Notes: generated from the letters alone by a model not told the origin. Positions 10,501 through 18,782 are shown, counted from the whole stretch's first letter. The stretch is DNA of 58,424 bases, filler included, from a bacterium (GCA_040757115.1; 4 parts of 4 records of this genome joined end to end with filler, not necessarily neighbours in it), one strand, 5' to 3'. A program made the numbers and translations.

Positions 10501-13157
10501 GTTGGTGTGCCAACAAAATCTATAAAACTTATTACCGTTGAGGTTGCGGGTGAATATTCTGAGATAAATGTGCCGGCATCAAAAACCGTGTTGTGATAAG
10601 GGAATGATGTGGAGGCAGTCCATTCCATATTACCATATTCATAAACATGGTTAAAGCAAGCCTTGTAGGCATTTCTTATTTTATCCAGTTTAATCTGACC
10701 AGCACCTTCTTGCTGGTTACCCATAGGGATAATGACACTCATTGGCTCATATTGATAGCCAAGTCCAACCGGTGTGCGACATATCTCCGTAGAATAGTTA
10801 CTGGGATATGAATTAGTGTTATAGCCGCGTAGGGCAAGATAGTATTTTTTATCATTCGTTAATCCTTCGAGATTATATTTCGGGACATTACCCACATCAA
10901 TCATGTGGTCATAAGTTTTATTAATCGTTCCTGCGTAGGATTCATCGCCATAATATAAGATATACCCAGCAATATCTGGTTGAGGGCTGGGGTTCCAGGA
11001 AAGGTAAAGCACCTCATCCCCAGGCAGACATTCAGCTTCTTTCCAGAGAGGTGGTGTTGGCAGGTCGCCTTTAGTCGTATCTGAGACAACATTAGAAAGC
11101 CCGGATTCATTTCCAGCCTCATCTACGGTTTTTAAGGCAAAGAAATAGGTTTTATTCCAGCCAAGTCCGGTGACGGTGAAAGTTGCTCTCGTATTTGGGG
11201 CATCAGGTTTTGGTTCGCCAAATGCCTGGAAACAATTATCCCAATTCGCCTCAGTAATCTTCTCAAGAGAATATCGCACATCATAAACACTTGCCTTACC
11301 CTGTGTGCCGTTATCTCCTGGATTAGTCCAGCTAAGTTCTATGGTGCTTGCAGTAACACTTCCTACGGCTAAATCAGTAACCGTAGCTGGAGAAATCATA
11401 TCGGTTGAAACGACATTGGATAGTGCGGAAACATTATATTGCTCATCATTTGTTTTCAGGGCAAAGTAATATTCATATTTAGTCAGTTGTAGGTTCTGGA
11501 CGATAAATACCTCCGGTTCTCCTGCCTTTCTGGGTAGCGGTATGCCTACCTGTGTGGCAAATACCCAGGTATCCTCGGTTATGGGCACAGTAGAGTAGCG
11601 AATATCGTATTTATCATCGGTTCGATTTGGATAGCCTTTATCTTTTGTCCAGGTTATATTTCCGTCATCACCAGGGGATGTCCAGACCAACATAAGTGAG
11701 CCGTTTTGCAGATTAACATTGGCAATGGCAAGGTCAGTCACGGTGCCAGGGGCTATTTCGTCTAAGGTCGTTTTCTGAAAGACATTGGATATGTTAGACA
11801 ACTGTCCGCCTCTATCCATAGTTTTTAAGGCAAAGAAATAGGTTGTTTCGGGTTGGACGGTGCGACTGCCAATGGGTAATTTTCGGTCATCAGTGACAGT
11901 TCCGATAACAACCAGATGGTCTCGATTACCGGCAAAGGAAGGTTTTGGTATTATACCTGGAGCAGAGGCACAATTGTCAAAATCATTCTGTAAGGTATTT
12001 GTGCCTTGCGTTGTCCATTTAATAGTATAAGTGCTTGCCTGTCCTTGACTTCCATCTGCACCAGGTGCAGTCCAATTTAAAATAATGCTAAATGATGTTG
12101 GTTGAATGGGTTGCCAGCCGGTGATTGCTGTCCAATACAAACTATCAAGGTCGCTCACCGCGGCTGGTGGGGTATCATTTAGCATCACTGTAGTTTGTTC
12201 TCCCGCAGAATAAGTTCCATCTTTATCATAGGCAAAAGCGGTGTAGTAATAAGTTTGAAGTGGAATTAATGCCGGGTCTTCATCTGTGCAGGTCTCATAC
12301 TGATTATTATAAATTACCATTAATTTCCCATCATTTGTTAGACTACCAACAACATAGGTTGAAGTTGCTCCTTGAGTTGGTGTCCAGGTGCCAATAGTCT
12401 CTGTCCCGCGGACAATAAGCACACCACGAAAATAAGCATTGTAGGGATTCTCCCAGCTCAATCGAATGATATTATCATTCGATTCGCCTTTAAACTTCTT
12501 TACCGGATTCATCATCCCGGGTGCAAGTTCAAATCGGAACTCAACAGCATGTTTTGATTCTGGATTATGTTGTCTGGTATGAAACATATCGGCTAAACCT
12601 ACTTCAACCGTATAAGTTCCGGGCACACAATTTTTAAAAGTCCAGGTTGTCTCGTTAACAAATCCTGTCCAGACAGCTTGTTTGTTTCCACCAGGCGGCT
12701 GGCAGTAGAGCACAAGAATAATATATCCTTCCCAGTAGCCATCAGGTGCCATGCCGATACTGAAGTTTTCTACTTCAAATGTCGCGGTAATCGAGCCTTC
12801 ACTGGTGATGGTGGCAGTAGCGGTTGGCCAGGTAACGCGGATGGTCGGTGGGGCATAACTTGCCGTAAAATCTACATCGGAAATATCAACACCGCTTATT
12901 TGAACTGTTCTGGAACCTGGTGAAAAAGACCACCATAATTTATCCGGGGTAACAATGTAATTTCCATCTGGCAGACCACTAAAAACATAACTACCATCAG
13001 CCGATGTGGTGGTTACACTTGAAACATTGCCGGCAATGGTCACCTGGGCATCAGCAAGAGTGTTAATTTTACCACTTATGCTAAAAGCCCCGACATTTGA
13101 AACCCCTGTGAAATAGCCGATTAAACCTAATATTAGAATCATCCATTTTTTCATCAA
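4587..13157 (-). CDS. Giant secreted/surface protein (2856 aa): multiple FN3 repeats, GATase-like segment, large uncharacterised core, GWNL repeats, C-terminal FN3 module
   Basis: Signal peptide; repeated L.WT.PGD...Y.IRYS...YFFALKT.DE..N.S..SN FN3 motifs; DYDLVIFP...FIANGG.LY segment; GWNLFSLP/GWNLIG; GGGAGG RBS. Confidence 0.85.
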   Translation of the reverse strand: MMKKWMILILGLIGYFTGVSNVGAFSISGKINTLADAQVTIAGNVSSVTTTSADGSYVFSGLPDGNYIVTPDKLWWSFSPGSRTVQISGVDISDVDFTASYAPPTIRVTWPTATATITSEGSITATFEVENFSIGMAPDGYWEGYIILVLYCQPPGGNKQAVWTGFVNETTWTFKNCVPGTYTVEVGLADMFHTRQHNPESKHAVEFRFELAPGMMNPVKKFKGESNDNIIRLSWENPYNAYFRGVLIVRGTETIGTWTPTQGATSTYVVGSLTNDGKLMVIYNNQYETCTDEDPALIPLQTYYYTAFAYDKDGTYSAGEQTTVMLNDTPPAAVSDLDSLYWTAITGWQPIQPTSFSIILNWTAPGADGSQGQASTYTIKWTTQGTNTLQNDFDNCASAPGIIPKPSFAGNRDHLVVIGTVTDDRKLPIGSRTVQPETTYFFALKTMDRGGQLSNISNVFQKTTLDEIAPGTVTDLAIANVNLQNGSLMLVWTSPGDDGNITWTKDKGYPNRTDDKYDIRYSTVPITEDTWVFATQVGIPLPRKAGEPEVFIVQNLQLTKYEYYFALKTNDEQYNVSALSNVVSTDMISPATVTDLAVGSVTASTIELSWTNPGDNGTQGKASVYDVRYSLEKITEANWDNCFQAFGEPKPDAPNTRATFTVTGLGWNKTYFFALKTVDEAGNESGLSNVVSDTTKGDLPTPPLWKEAECLPGDEVLYLSWNPSPQPDIAGYILYYGDESYAGTINKTYDHMIDVGNVPKYNLEGLTNDKKYYLALRGYNTNSYPSNYSTEICRTPVGLGYQYEPMSVIIPMGNQQEGAGQIKLDKIRNAYKACFNHVYEYGNMEWTASTSFPYHNTVFDAGTFISEYSPATSTVISFIDFVGTPTPDYLVVEKGVGTGNVLGVSKSYSLQPIKIALFYSDLMDEYDQYITWEEGYFEQIFRMYLWGEYFDRVNENDIRQGKLADYDLVIFPSVKKGYVEDVVGTLTQQGLDNLKSFIANGGILYTQGECVYLVEKLGLVGSGTVDLQTRVTDIDSKGQLNILDTAHPLTFSWLAPETYVLDDPLLLEKSPVANATQTIIAKYTDTNHSDSPAIIYIEHQLGCAMMIPSHPSDKTEYYPMVLDAVLLSMSRKAALSMDACQKFSEEVPKDIIPGLEADVPVYVTVTFCNFWNNPLKDVVIKSVVQPGFNITDQSKISPLQSNIEREGTITDLGPGTLTTITWNFGEIDENTKLNLSFWVFTEANALKKGEAVVCKTSASYKEVPGGDVTIYARDVTMKAKMAARLVGDRSLDKLTAYGVVGSGIFSDVVFPIENKEDTLAKNVNVQDLVALVAPIVDVTDNRKIVWSTGGTYWDVDDGDANVWLQNEVFFFDDPRYPLPIEAPNRYVKFNVNNWDGVTTYIYENPYGAPIEIPNVYKEPQWGPGLDKPLISLAPNGDIILPAQKLTWTGTWTYHQIGGYDFIDPLVRYGIRSTELPPPYPGTSTDKNKILPPRTILMATLPNIPENYVVNGKVLMNAQALFFIILLGSDENPYKQYLSQGIAYSPIPTNIENLPKVKWQDMWGRPHSAPLRTMDPQFKKSNDFFPVVKVYPTVNDTYELYVEKDTASGKPPYTRDGDEKLYLEYDVSKPAKLHLIAKTWNGSREFEQIYQPDEKFKINKDQSLIVKNIFKGLGFDTRYEQYYLTDYQNVGNPTQLVDEKDEPMFHTLYFNQALFTGEKEEIHIWADMNTYYPDVHYEGPMKVNDGSRYIFHKPDEGPNQYMIMDAHVQAVWGLVSDVEISKKVAPVNIGNYGDTVFHIIKVEDPYEPRQFEMETFLKSYGFGRITASTFVGGRIDDKLCTPRLAPGQETFVRIEVCNNLGGSANDPYTLKNVKIEPDTSDPETYRIINDWMTITVDDLLNSIPPVHQDLSYLLEAQNEPKIADAWRGIVYFKITTKPNIPDLDRGKIHKIKFKLTCDEPGNQLANVGFEIPAAWIGIEDTQGHILTSYGSSTVVHLTDGFPSFVTVNKAKLANAAEKAEFERLMGIDVNQKPRGTQSAAYFEALNRDVSFNPTKGTVTFTLPNYAQQLPWYDNNEMKQDFYVIVQSITDSVRSGIKVVNEGPGIEFKDHFGETGTSAGNLETVVVHGPAMNQEYIVNQIRRAFNGEITQTLTLNERNEVDLKVLFVNTGDDIAETPKITMNLNADVDLISTFPGTSTQIGDTIIWEWGEGGNIAPGSEKNILLTLSITPQKTKGKAPKAPTPLQSTDYFELIGSTSITYTDAFLGIQVTPPPLGSLSLPAMAPAITGPTNLQAVGHPGSISLTWEYNIATPTTFNIYRTDIPPAGTVTFQQIDTGIGTTSYIDNTVTEDIPYYYVVTAVSGDQEGPMSNVGSATPGDIWAPGTITDFTVKNITSDSAGLEWSAPGDNNFTGTASLYIIKYAPVGGNWDNATVFLSPPLPQPVGSVQQATITGLLSTTAYRFYIQTRDEVANPSGITTCDATTLAGPITTRTVSFRAGWNLFSLPLIPTLKPYTAENLVESINAQGTTADIVQHWTEGSTWLTYQIGIPPTPPYFNNDMPIEVGRGYFVHCKNASTWQMHGSKIESENINLRVGWNLIGQGVATITAKNLLQNINAQNGSATIVQRWDDGSFWAGYQIGFPEFYNFTTNIDKGYFVYSKQISKYSPNWTRVSNFAENQVTISWITTSNLKCKVLYGTTTSLGYEAFDDRGVDTQAETHFVTIKNLKTQTTYLYTLVCGNSTDPATYSFTTGPTIPPQAQANIAGYVKKGPMPVEGAIVYVKLKKQDNSSESVWAACLTDATGRWEIDKNKIRTKDLQGFFSYSNQDNIYIEVEAGSLGKTSTTVNASTTNAGDINLP

Positions 13158-13224
13158 AAATACACCTCCCTGTTAGAATGAATGATGGAGTATTATCAAT
13201 ATTCCATTGTTTCCAGATATTATA

Positions 13225-13253
13225 AATATAACATAATTTTTAGAAATTGGCAA
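13225..13253 (-). promoter_or_regulatory. Putative sigma70 promoter of the giant protein gene
   Basis: TTGCCA-N17-TATATT with TGn extension on the minus strand. Confidence 0.5.
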
Positions 13254-13277
13254 GTTTTTTTTACATTTAAAAAAATA

Positions 13278-13334
13278 TTGACAATAACTTAATGGTGATG
13301 ATATAATAATTATTACAAACAATAAATCAGGAGG
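13278..13334 (+). promoter_or_regulatory. Sigma70-like promoter and RBS now followed by a MITE stack rather than a gene
   Basis: TTGACA(13278)-N18-TATAAT(13302); CAGGAGG at 13328-13334 abuts GTAAC terminus at 13335. Confidence 0.5.
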
Positions 13335-13617
13335 GTAACCGTTCAGGTAATCCTTTACCGCAGAGACGCAGAGAAACAGAGAAGACATAAAAATAAATCA
13401 GATAACAGAAAAGATTATCGGTGCAGCTATTGAAATACATAGGAGCTGCTTGCCGAATGTTCAGCAGACAAGCCAGATTTGTTAATCCATCCCTGATTTT
13501 CATCAGGGCAAGTTTAATGTTGTTGTACTCAAAAGCTTGCCCAGGGATGTTAAGCGTCTCGTCCCTAGATTTTAATTTTTTTCTCTGCGTCTCTGTGTCT
13601 CTGCGGTGAACAGTTAC
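13335..13617 (+). mobile_element. GTAAC-TIR miniature element type A carrying an internally deleted GxxExxY gene
   Basis: GTAACCGTTCAG...GTGAACAGTTAC ends; CGCAGAGAC/CTCTGCG arms; INQITEKIIGAAIEIHR and FNVVVLK remnants; copies at 18853, 21873, 39642. Confidence 0.8.
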
Positions 13618-13696
13618 AAAAAGAGTTAGTCAAAAGTCCGTATTAAAAGATTAATAAACAATGAAAGACCCGAAATGCACAAAAAAAGGAAATTTC

Positions 13697-14047
13697 GGGA
13701 CGGTTCCTTTTATCGTTTTTCCTATGATTTTTGTTGGAAATTGGAAATTGGGCTGTAACTATTCACCACGAAGGGTACGGAGAGCACGAAGTGAAATTTG
13801 ATGAATTATCGAATAGAGTCATTGGATGCGCTATAGCGGTGCATCGAACTCTTGGGCCAGGTTTGCTTGACACCGTGAAGAGTGATAATTCACAATTGAC
13901 AATTCACCATTCACCATTATTAAGGAAATTTAGGGAAGAAATTGTGAATGGTGAATTGTGAATGGTGAATAGTTACATTGGGCTTTTGTCTCTCTCCCTG
14001 ATTTCTAATTTCAATCCGCAATCTTTCAAACAAAAGTGAACCGTCCC
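13697..14047. mobile_element. MITE with GGGACGGTTC/GAACCGTCCC termini and GAAATTTC duplication
   Basis: GAAATTTC at 13689-13696 and 14048-14055; uninterrupted type B copies contain a single GAAATTTC. Confidence 0.8.
13755..13976 (+). mobile_element. GTAAC-TIR element with 8-bp TSD carrying a GxxExxY 5' fragment and ATTCACC/GGTGAAT heptamer arms
   Basis: GTAACTATTCACC...GGTGAATAGTTAC flanked by ATTGGGCT (13747-13754; 13977-13984); encodes KFDELSNRVIGCAIAVHRTLGPGLL. Confidence 0.85.
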
Positions 14048-14167
14048 GAAATTTCTGTCTCTGGTGAATAGATTTTAATTTTTTTCTCTGCGTCTCTGTG
14101 TCTCTGCGGTGAACGGTTACAAGATAATAAGTATGGTAGATGTTAGCAGAAATTGAGGAGGCTGTAG

Positions 14168-14572
14168 ATGGGAGTTTTTACTGTTTCAATGAAGATAAGA
14201 AACTGGCAGAATAGGTATCTACCTGCTGATAAACAGGGAGAAGAACTTGAGTGTATGGCTCTCGTTGATTCAGGGGCAGCAGAACTTTCACTTCCTGCTG
14301 AGATGATTGACCAACTCAAGTTGGAAGAGATTGGAACTGTGCAAGTATATACAGCTGATGGGGGTCAACATGAATATCGGGTTTTCGGTATAGCAGAGGT
14401 AGAAGTGCAGGGAAGAGTATCTCAGGTACGCGTAATTGAGCTTCCACATGGAACTGAACCGCTTCTTGGGGCAGTCCCTCTCGAGGAGATGGATTGGCAC
14501 ATCTCTCCTTTAGAAAAAAGGCTTCTACCAAATCCAAAATCTCCCAATAAGCCACTTTTACCTTTGTGTTGA
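14168..14572 (+). CDS. Retropepsin-like (clan AA) aspartic protease
   Basis: ALVDSGA catalytic motif, TADG flap, EPLLGAVPLEEMD; GAGGAGG RBS. Confidence 0.85.
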   Translation: MGVFTVSMKIRNWQNRYLPADKQGEELECMALVDSGAAELSLPAEMIDQLKLEEIGTVQVYTADGGQHEYRVFGIAEVEVQGRVSQVRVIELPHGTEPLLGAVPLEEMDWHISPLEKRLLPNPKSPNKPLLPLC

Positions 14573-14591
14573 AATGTAAGTCTACAAATAT

Positions 14592-14820
14592 ATCACTCCT
14601 AACGGAGTTTAAAATATATTCAGCCCTGTAAGGGCGAGATGTTTATAGATTTACCGTCTCAACATCAAATTAGCTCCGTAGGAGCGATATGTTTATTGGT
14701 AAGCGTTCAGGTGGTGTAACAAAAGGAGATGTGGAGATTAAGGAGATAGGGAGATATTATTAAAAAAATTGAAATTAATAGAAACTAATAGAAATTTATG
14801 GAAATTTGTTGTTTTCCACA
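14592..14820. repeat. REP-like palindromes (CTCCTAACGGAG, GCCCTGTAAGGGC, GCTCCGTAGGAGC) followed by a GTAAGCGTTCAG element truncated by the contig end
   Basis: Element from 14699 is the reverse complement of 29650-29775. Confidence 0.75.
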
Positions 14821-14920
14821 NNNNNNNNNNNNNNNNNNNNNNNNNNNNNNNNNNNNNNNNNNNNTTAATTAATTAANNNNNNNNNNNNNNNNNNNNNNNN
14901 NNNNNNNNNNNNNNNNNNNN
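14821..14920. other. Artificial contig linker (N-run with TTAATTAATTAA); same at 29550-29649 and 44031-44130
   Basis: Identical 100-nt N-linkers with a six-frame stop; contig sizes 14820, 14629, 14381, 14294 decrease monotonically. Confidence 0.95.
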
Positions 14921-15061
14921 AATATATCGTTCCTACGGAACTGATTGATTTGTCTATCTATTCCTACCGATATTATGTTCCTAACGGAACGATTATTCTC
15001 ATGCCTTATTTATGGGTATTATCCTATGTAAACTTCCAGTTAATAACGGCTACATTTTTAT

Positions 15062-17068
15062 CTATACCTGAACGGTTACTAAAAAGTCAATCTGCTTTTT
15101 TGCCTGATAAAATTTCCTTACCTGTTCTAAATTAAAAGCAATCTGGCATTTAGGGAGTGAATTCAGGAATAATCTACCGTAGCCTTTTGTTTTAACTCTT
15201 GGGTCAAGGATAGCCACGACGCCAATGTCATTTTTTCTGCGAATAAGTCTGCCAAAACCCTGTCTGGTTTGAATGATTGCCTGTGGGACCTGATATGCCC
15301 AGAATGGGTCAATTCCTTTTTCCCGTAAATATTCCATTTTTGCCTCGATAATGGGGTCATCCGGGACGGCAAAGGGCAATTTTGTAATCACCACACATTC
15401 TAAATCCTGACCCGGCACATCCACACCTTCCCAGAAGGTATTAGTTCCCCAGAGCACTGAGTTTTCATTTGATTTGAACTCTTCAATCATCCGTTGAGAT
15501 GAGAATTCACCTTGCTTAAGATGACTAAAATCAGCAAATTTCTGCTCAATCTCATCAGATATTTTCCTTAACATCGCATAACTGGTAAAAAGCACAAATG
15601 TCCTACCTTGCATAATCTCCAAAAGCCCCTCGATTATTTTCCCTACATCATTATGATATTGAGCAGGTTCCAACTTCGGGTCCGCAATACCTGCGGGTAA
15701 GAAAAGAAGGACTTGCGATTGGAAGTTAAAAGGGGACGAAAGTTGTAACTCATCACATTTATCACACCCTAATCGACTTTTGATAAACTCAAATGAATTG
15801 TTTGTAGTTAGAGTAGCCGATGTTAGAACTACTGTTCCAATGGAATCGAAGACAGCGTCTTTTAAACTTTCAGCAATATTAATCGGATTGGCGTGAAGGA
15901 CTATTTTTATAAATCTATGTTTTTGAACAAGTTCGAGCCAATAGACATAATCTTTGGCTTGTTGACCAATAATAAGTTCTAATGCATCTTTTATTGCCTG
16001 GACTCGGGTTTGAAAGGCAAAAATCTCTAATTGGACTTCCGCATCCGTGATTTTCTCCTTTAATTTACCGAGATTGTAGATTAAAGATTCTAAAGGTTGG
16101 GTTAAAGGATTATCAATAAAATTTGCCTGCCTCAGCCTGGTAACGAAGTTCAGTTCCTGCGAAGGAAATTTCAATAATATATTTGAGAAGAATTCATCCG
16201 CCGCATTTTTGACCTCAATCAGAGTTCTTTCTATCTTTTCTTTTGTCTGGTCATTACCTTTGATTCGGGTTAAAATTCCCTTCCCCGTCGAGGGATTATA
16301 AATAGAATCAAGCAAGAATTTAATTTGAGAATTTGAGACTTCGGCACCTAAGTAATTTGTGGCGACATCTTCTAAGTTATGTGCCTCATCAAACACAACG
16401 GCATCAAACTGCGGTAAAACCTGGTCGGCTGAGGCTATATTCGCAAAGAATAAATGGTGGTTGACAACCAGGATTTGAGAAGAGTATTGTTTTTTTCTGG
16501 CTTTATAATAATAACAATCATTAAAATGAAGACATTTTTTGCCCAGACACAGGTCAGGTTCCCGGCAAAGTTTATTCCAGATTGCCGGGCTGGGTTCAAA
16601 AATCAACTCGGATTTTAACCCGGTTTGGGTTTTCTTTTGCCACTCAGATATCTTTTTAAATTCTTTGACCTCTTCTTTAGTTTCAAACAATCCCTGAGTT
16701 TGGGTCTGGAAGGCACGACGAAGGCAGAGGTAATTATTGCTTCCAACACACAAGGCAAAGGAAAAATTGACGGTTAATATCTTTTTTAAAAAAGGTAAGT
16801 CATGAGTGATGAGTTGTTGCTGAAGGGTTTTTGTGTAAGTAGAAATAACAATTCGTTTATCCTCAGCAGTTGCCCAATAAATAAAAGGGACTAAATAGGC
16901 TAAACTTTTACCTGTGCCGGTTCCCGCCTCAACAAACAGATGATTTTTGTTAGAAATAGCGGAGTCAATTCTTTTGCTCATCTCGATTTGTTGAGGTCGG
17001 TATTCATAGGTTTTAAGTTGATTAGCCATTATTCCATTTTGTCCAAATATTTTACTATAATCTTGCAT
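15062..17068 (-). CDS. dinG: ATP-dependent DNA helicase, DinG/YoaA family
   Basis: YEYRPQQ Q-motif, EAGTGTGKS, Fe-S cysteines, DEAH, TSATL, FWEGVDVPG, QGFGRLIR. Confidence 0.9.
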   Translation of the reverse strand: MQDYSKIFGQNGIMANQLKTYEYRPQQIEMSKRIDSAISNKNHLFVEAGTGTGKSLAYLVPFIYWATAEDKRIVISTYTKTLQQQLITHDLPFLKKILTVNFSFALCVGSNNYLCLRRAFQTQTQGLFETKEEVKEFKKISEWQKKTQTGLKSELIFEPSPAIWNKLCREPDLCLGKKCLHFNDCYYYKARKKQYSSQILVVNHHLFFANIASADQVLPQFDAVVFDEAHNLEDVATNYLGAEVSNSQIKFLLDSIYNPSTGKGILTRIKGNDQTKEKIERTLIEVKNAADEFFSNILLKFPSQELNFVTRLRQANFIDNPLTQPLESLIYNLGKLKEKITDAEVQLEIFAFQTRVQAIKDALELIIGQQAKDYVYWLELVQKHRFIKIVLHANPINIAESLKDAVFDSIGTVVLTSATLTTNNSFEFIKSRLGCDKCDELQLSSPFNFQSQVLLFLPAGIADPKLEPAQYHNDVGKIIEGLLEIMQGRTFVLFTSYAMLRKISDEIEQKFADFSHLKQGEFSSQRMIEEFKSNENSVLWGTNTFWEGVDVPGQDLECVVITKLPFAVPDDPIIEAKMEYLREKGIDPFWAYQVPQAIIQTRQGFGRLIRRKNDIGVVAILDPRVKTKGYGRLFLNSLPKCQIAFNLEQVRKFYQAKKQIDFLVTVQV

Positions 17069-17222
17069 TTCGTTAATAACTACTTAAGCGTTCAGCCACA
17101 GAGGCACAGAGTTCACAGAGAATTAAGGAAATTAGTCACATAAGGATACGAATTAACTATCATAAATGTAGTGCGAACCTTTAGACTTTTCACCGAGAAT
17201 TGCTGTTTCCTGCAAAAGTTTG

Positions 17223-17251
17223 TTGACAAATTCTTAAAAATATGATAATAT
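17223..17251 (+). promoter_or_regulatory. Sigma70 promoter upstream of the bS22-like gene
   Basis: TTGACA-N17-TAATAT with TGn extension. Confidence 0.6.
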
Positions 17252-17290
17252 TTATTATTCTAAACTAAAACCTTTGAAAGGATGTCAGGA

Positions 17291-17383
17291 ATGGGTAGTG
17301 TTGTAAAAAAACGAAGGAAAAAAATACGAAAACATAAGTATAAAAAATTACTCAAGAGAACAAAACATATACGAAAAAAGTAA
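17291..17383 (+). CDS. Small basic protein, AURKAIP1/COX24 (DUF1713) family, ribosomal protein bS22-like; absent from ORF track
   Basis: Translates MGSVVKKRRKKIRKHKYKKLLKRTKHIRKK*; own promoter and AAGGA RBS. Confidence 0.85.
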   Translation: MGSVVKKRRKKIRKHKYKKLLKRTKHIRKK

Positions 17384-17384
17384 G

Positions 17385-18074
17385 TTAATCTATTATTTCA
17401 CGGATTAGCATAAAACATTCTACTGCCCGTTTACCTACTTCTAACCCACGTTTTTGGGCATAGGTAGTGACGGCTTCGATTGAGCGGGGGTGTGGAAATT
17501 GGCGTAACTCACTTTTGTATGCCTTCATCGCCTGGATTTTAAGATGCAAAACATCTGAAATATCAACAAATACATTAGGTAAAAATTGGTTTGTAAGAAT
17601 AGGTGCATTCCATTCTGAAGAAGAAGGTGTTTCGTAAATAAACACTTTCTTGATGGAACTTTTTAGCCCAGGGCGAACCGCAACCATAGTTGATTCAAAT
17701 ACTAACCGATGGTCTTTATTCACATCCCCCCAATGATGTGTATAGATAATTTCAGGAGAAAGTCTGACAATACATTCCTCAATAGGTTGATTTATCTCCG
17801 GGTGGGCAATGGTATCTAATCTCATATCCGGTAGGTTAAAGAAAAATATCTCTTTGATTCCTAAAATCTTAGCCGCTTTTAAACTTTCCTTTTTCTTCTG
17901 TTCGATTAATTTAGCTGATGAGATTTTATCCATCGTATGACGGTATTGAGTTGTTACCCCTTCAGTAAGCATACAGACATACACCTCATCCCCCCTCATC
18001 GCATGTTTGAGCATTGTTCCACCAACGCCATATACTTCATCATCCGGATGTGCCGCAATAACCAATACCTTCAA
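17385..18074 (-). CDS. PIG-L/LmbE family deacetylase
   Basis: AAHPDDEVYG, THHWGDVNKDH, YETPSS, AYKSELRQFPHPRS; probable TTG start at 18074. Confidence 0.9.
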   Translation of the reverse strand: MKVLVIAAHPDDEVYGVGGTMLKHAMRGDEVYVCMLTEGVTTQYRHTMDKISSAKLIEQKKKESLKAAKILGIKEIFFFNLPDMRLDTIAHPEINQPIEECIVRLSPEIIYTHHWGDVNKDHRLVFESTMVAVRPGLKSSIKKVFIYETPSSSEWNAPILTNQFLPNVFVDISDVLHLKIQAMKAYKSELRQFPHPRSIEAVTTYAQKRGLEVGKRAVECFMLIREIID

Positions 18075-18091
18075 AATTAACCCCCCTAACT

Positions 18092-18349
18092 CTACTTTAA
18101 ATCCCAATCAGGAACTCTTCTGCTGGGAATTTTATTTAAAATCTGATTCACTCTCGCCTTTAATGCCGATATTGATTTTCTTTTTAATCTTAATTCAAGC
18201 GAAGAAATCAGTTCCATTTGAGTTAGTTGAACATTTAGCAAATAATTCGTTAATTGATTTAATGAAACTCCTTGATATTTAGATTCCCTTTCCAATCTTT
18301 TTTTCATCTCTACTGGTATTCTTATTGTAACAACCTGTGTTTTATTCAT
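18092..18349 (-). CDS. Putative RHH/HicB-like antitoxin
   Basis: VVTIRIPVEMKKRLE...GVSLNQL ribbon-helix-helix pattern; overlaps stop of the PIN gene. Confidence 0.75.
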   Translation of the reverse strand: MNKTQVVTIRIPVEMKKRLERESKYQGVSLNQLTNYLLNVQLTQMELISSLELRLKRKSISALKARVNQILNKIPSRRVPDWDLK

Positions 18350-18776
18350 GATTTATCCTCCATTGTTTATAAAATTCATTTGGTGTAACAATTTTAAACC
18401 TAAATCCTTTTAACTCTCCTTTCTTGAAATCTTTAACATTTGAAGTAATCAAATAATCGCTATTACTTGCAAAGGCACATTCCATAAAAATATTATCCTT
18501 TTCGTCTATCAGGTTTGGTCTGAGTAAAAAATAAATAGAATGTTTTTGAGATAATGCAGCTAATAAATCTAAAGTATCTTCTACTTCAGACACTGTTAAA
18601 TTCAGTACTTTTAGATTTTTTTCTCTTGTAAGCACATCATAATATTCCAAATAGGTTTGTAGTGATAAGGCTAATTTTATTTCTTCTTGTAAAATAAGTT
18701 GTAGAATATAATTAGATGCACCTGATTTACTATACAGAGCTGAGTAAATTACATTTGTATCAACCGTTATTATCAT
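18342..18776 (-). CDS. PIN-domain toxin (PIN_3-type)
   Basis: VDTNVIYSAL, EYYDVL, DEKDNIFMECA, YLITSNVKDF; ATG 18776 directly after the promoter. Confidence 0.85.
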   Translation of the reverse strand: MIITVDTNVIYSALYSKSGASNYILQLILQEEIKLALSLQTYLEYYDVLTREKNLKVLNLTVSEVEDTLDLLAALSQKHSIYFLLRPNLIDEKDNIFMECAFASNSDYLITSNVKDFKKGELKGFRFKIVTPNEFYKQWRINHE

Positions 18777-18782
18777 ATGGTA

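Larger units (their letters stand above)
13618..14120 (+). mobile_element. Right part of GTAAC-TIR element type B, interrupted by nested insertions
   Basis: Matches intact copies 21494-21730 and 40828-41076; ends GTGAACGGTTAC at 14120. Confidence 0.8.

Noticed and set aside
5007-12923. Antisense and alternate-frame ORFs inside the giant genes, alaS and cassette genes
   Set aside because: Shadow ORFs of well-supported genes
13421-13961. Short ORFs over repeats (13421-13609, 13731-13961; likewise 3171-3428, 14950-15135, 24391-24594, 39607-39922, 40224-40409, 40940-41143)
   Set aside because: They are translations of MITE/REP sequence or GxxExxY fragments, not independent genes
14821-14920. 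TTAATTAATTAA palindrome inside N-runs (three times)
   Set aside because: Artificial six-frame-stop contig linker; no synteny can be inferred across gaps (e.g. alaS next to the integron)
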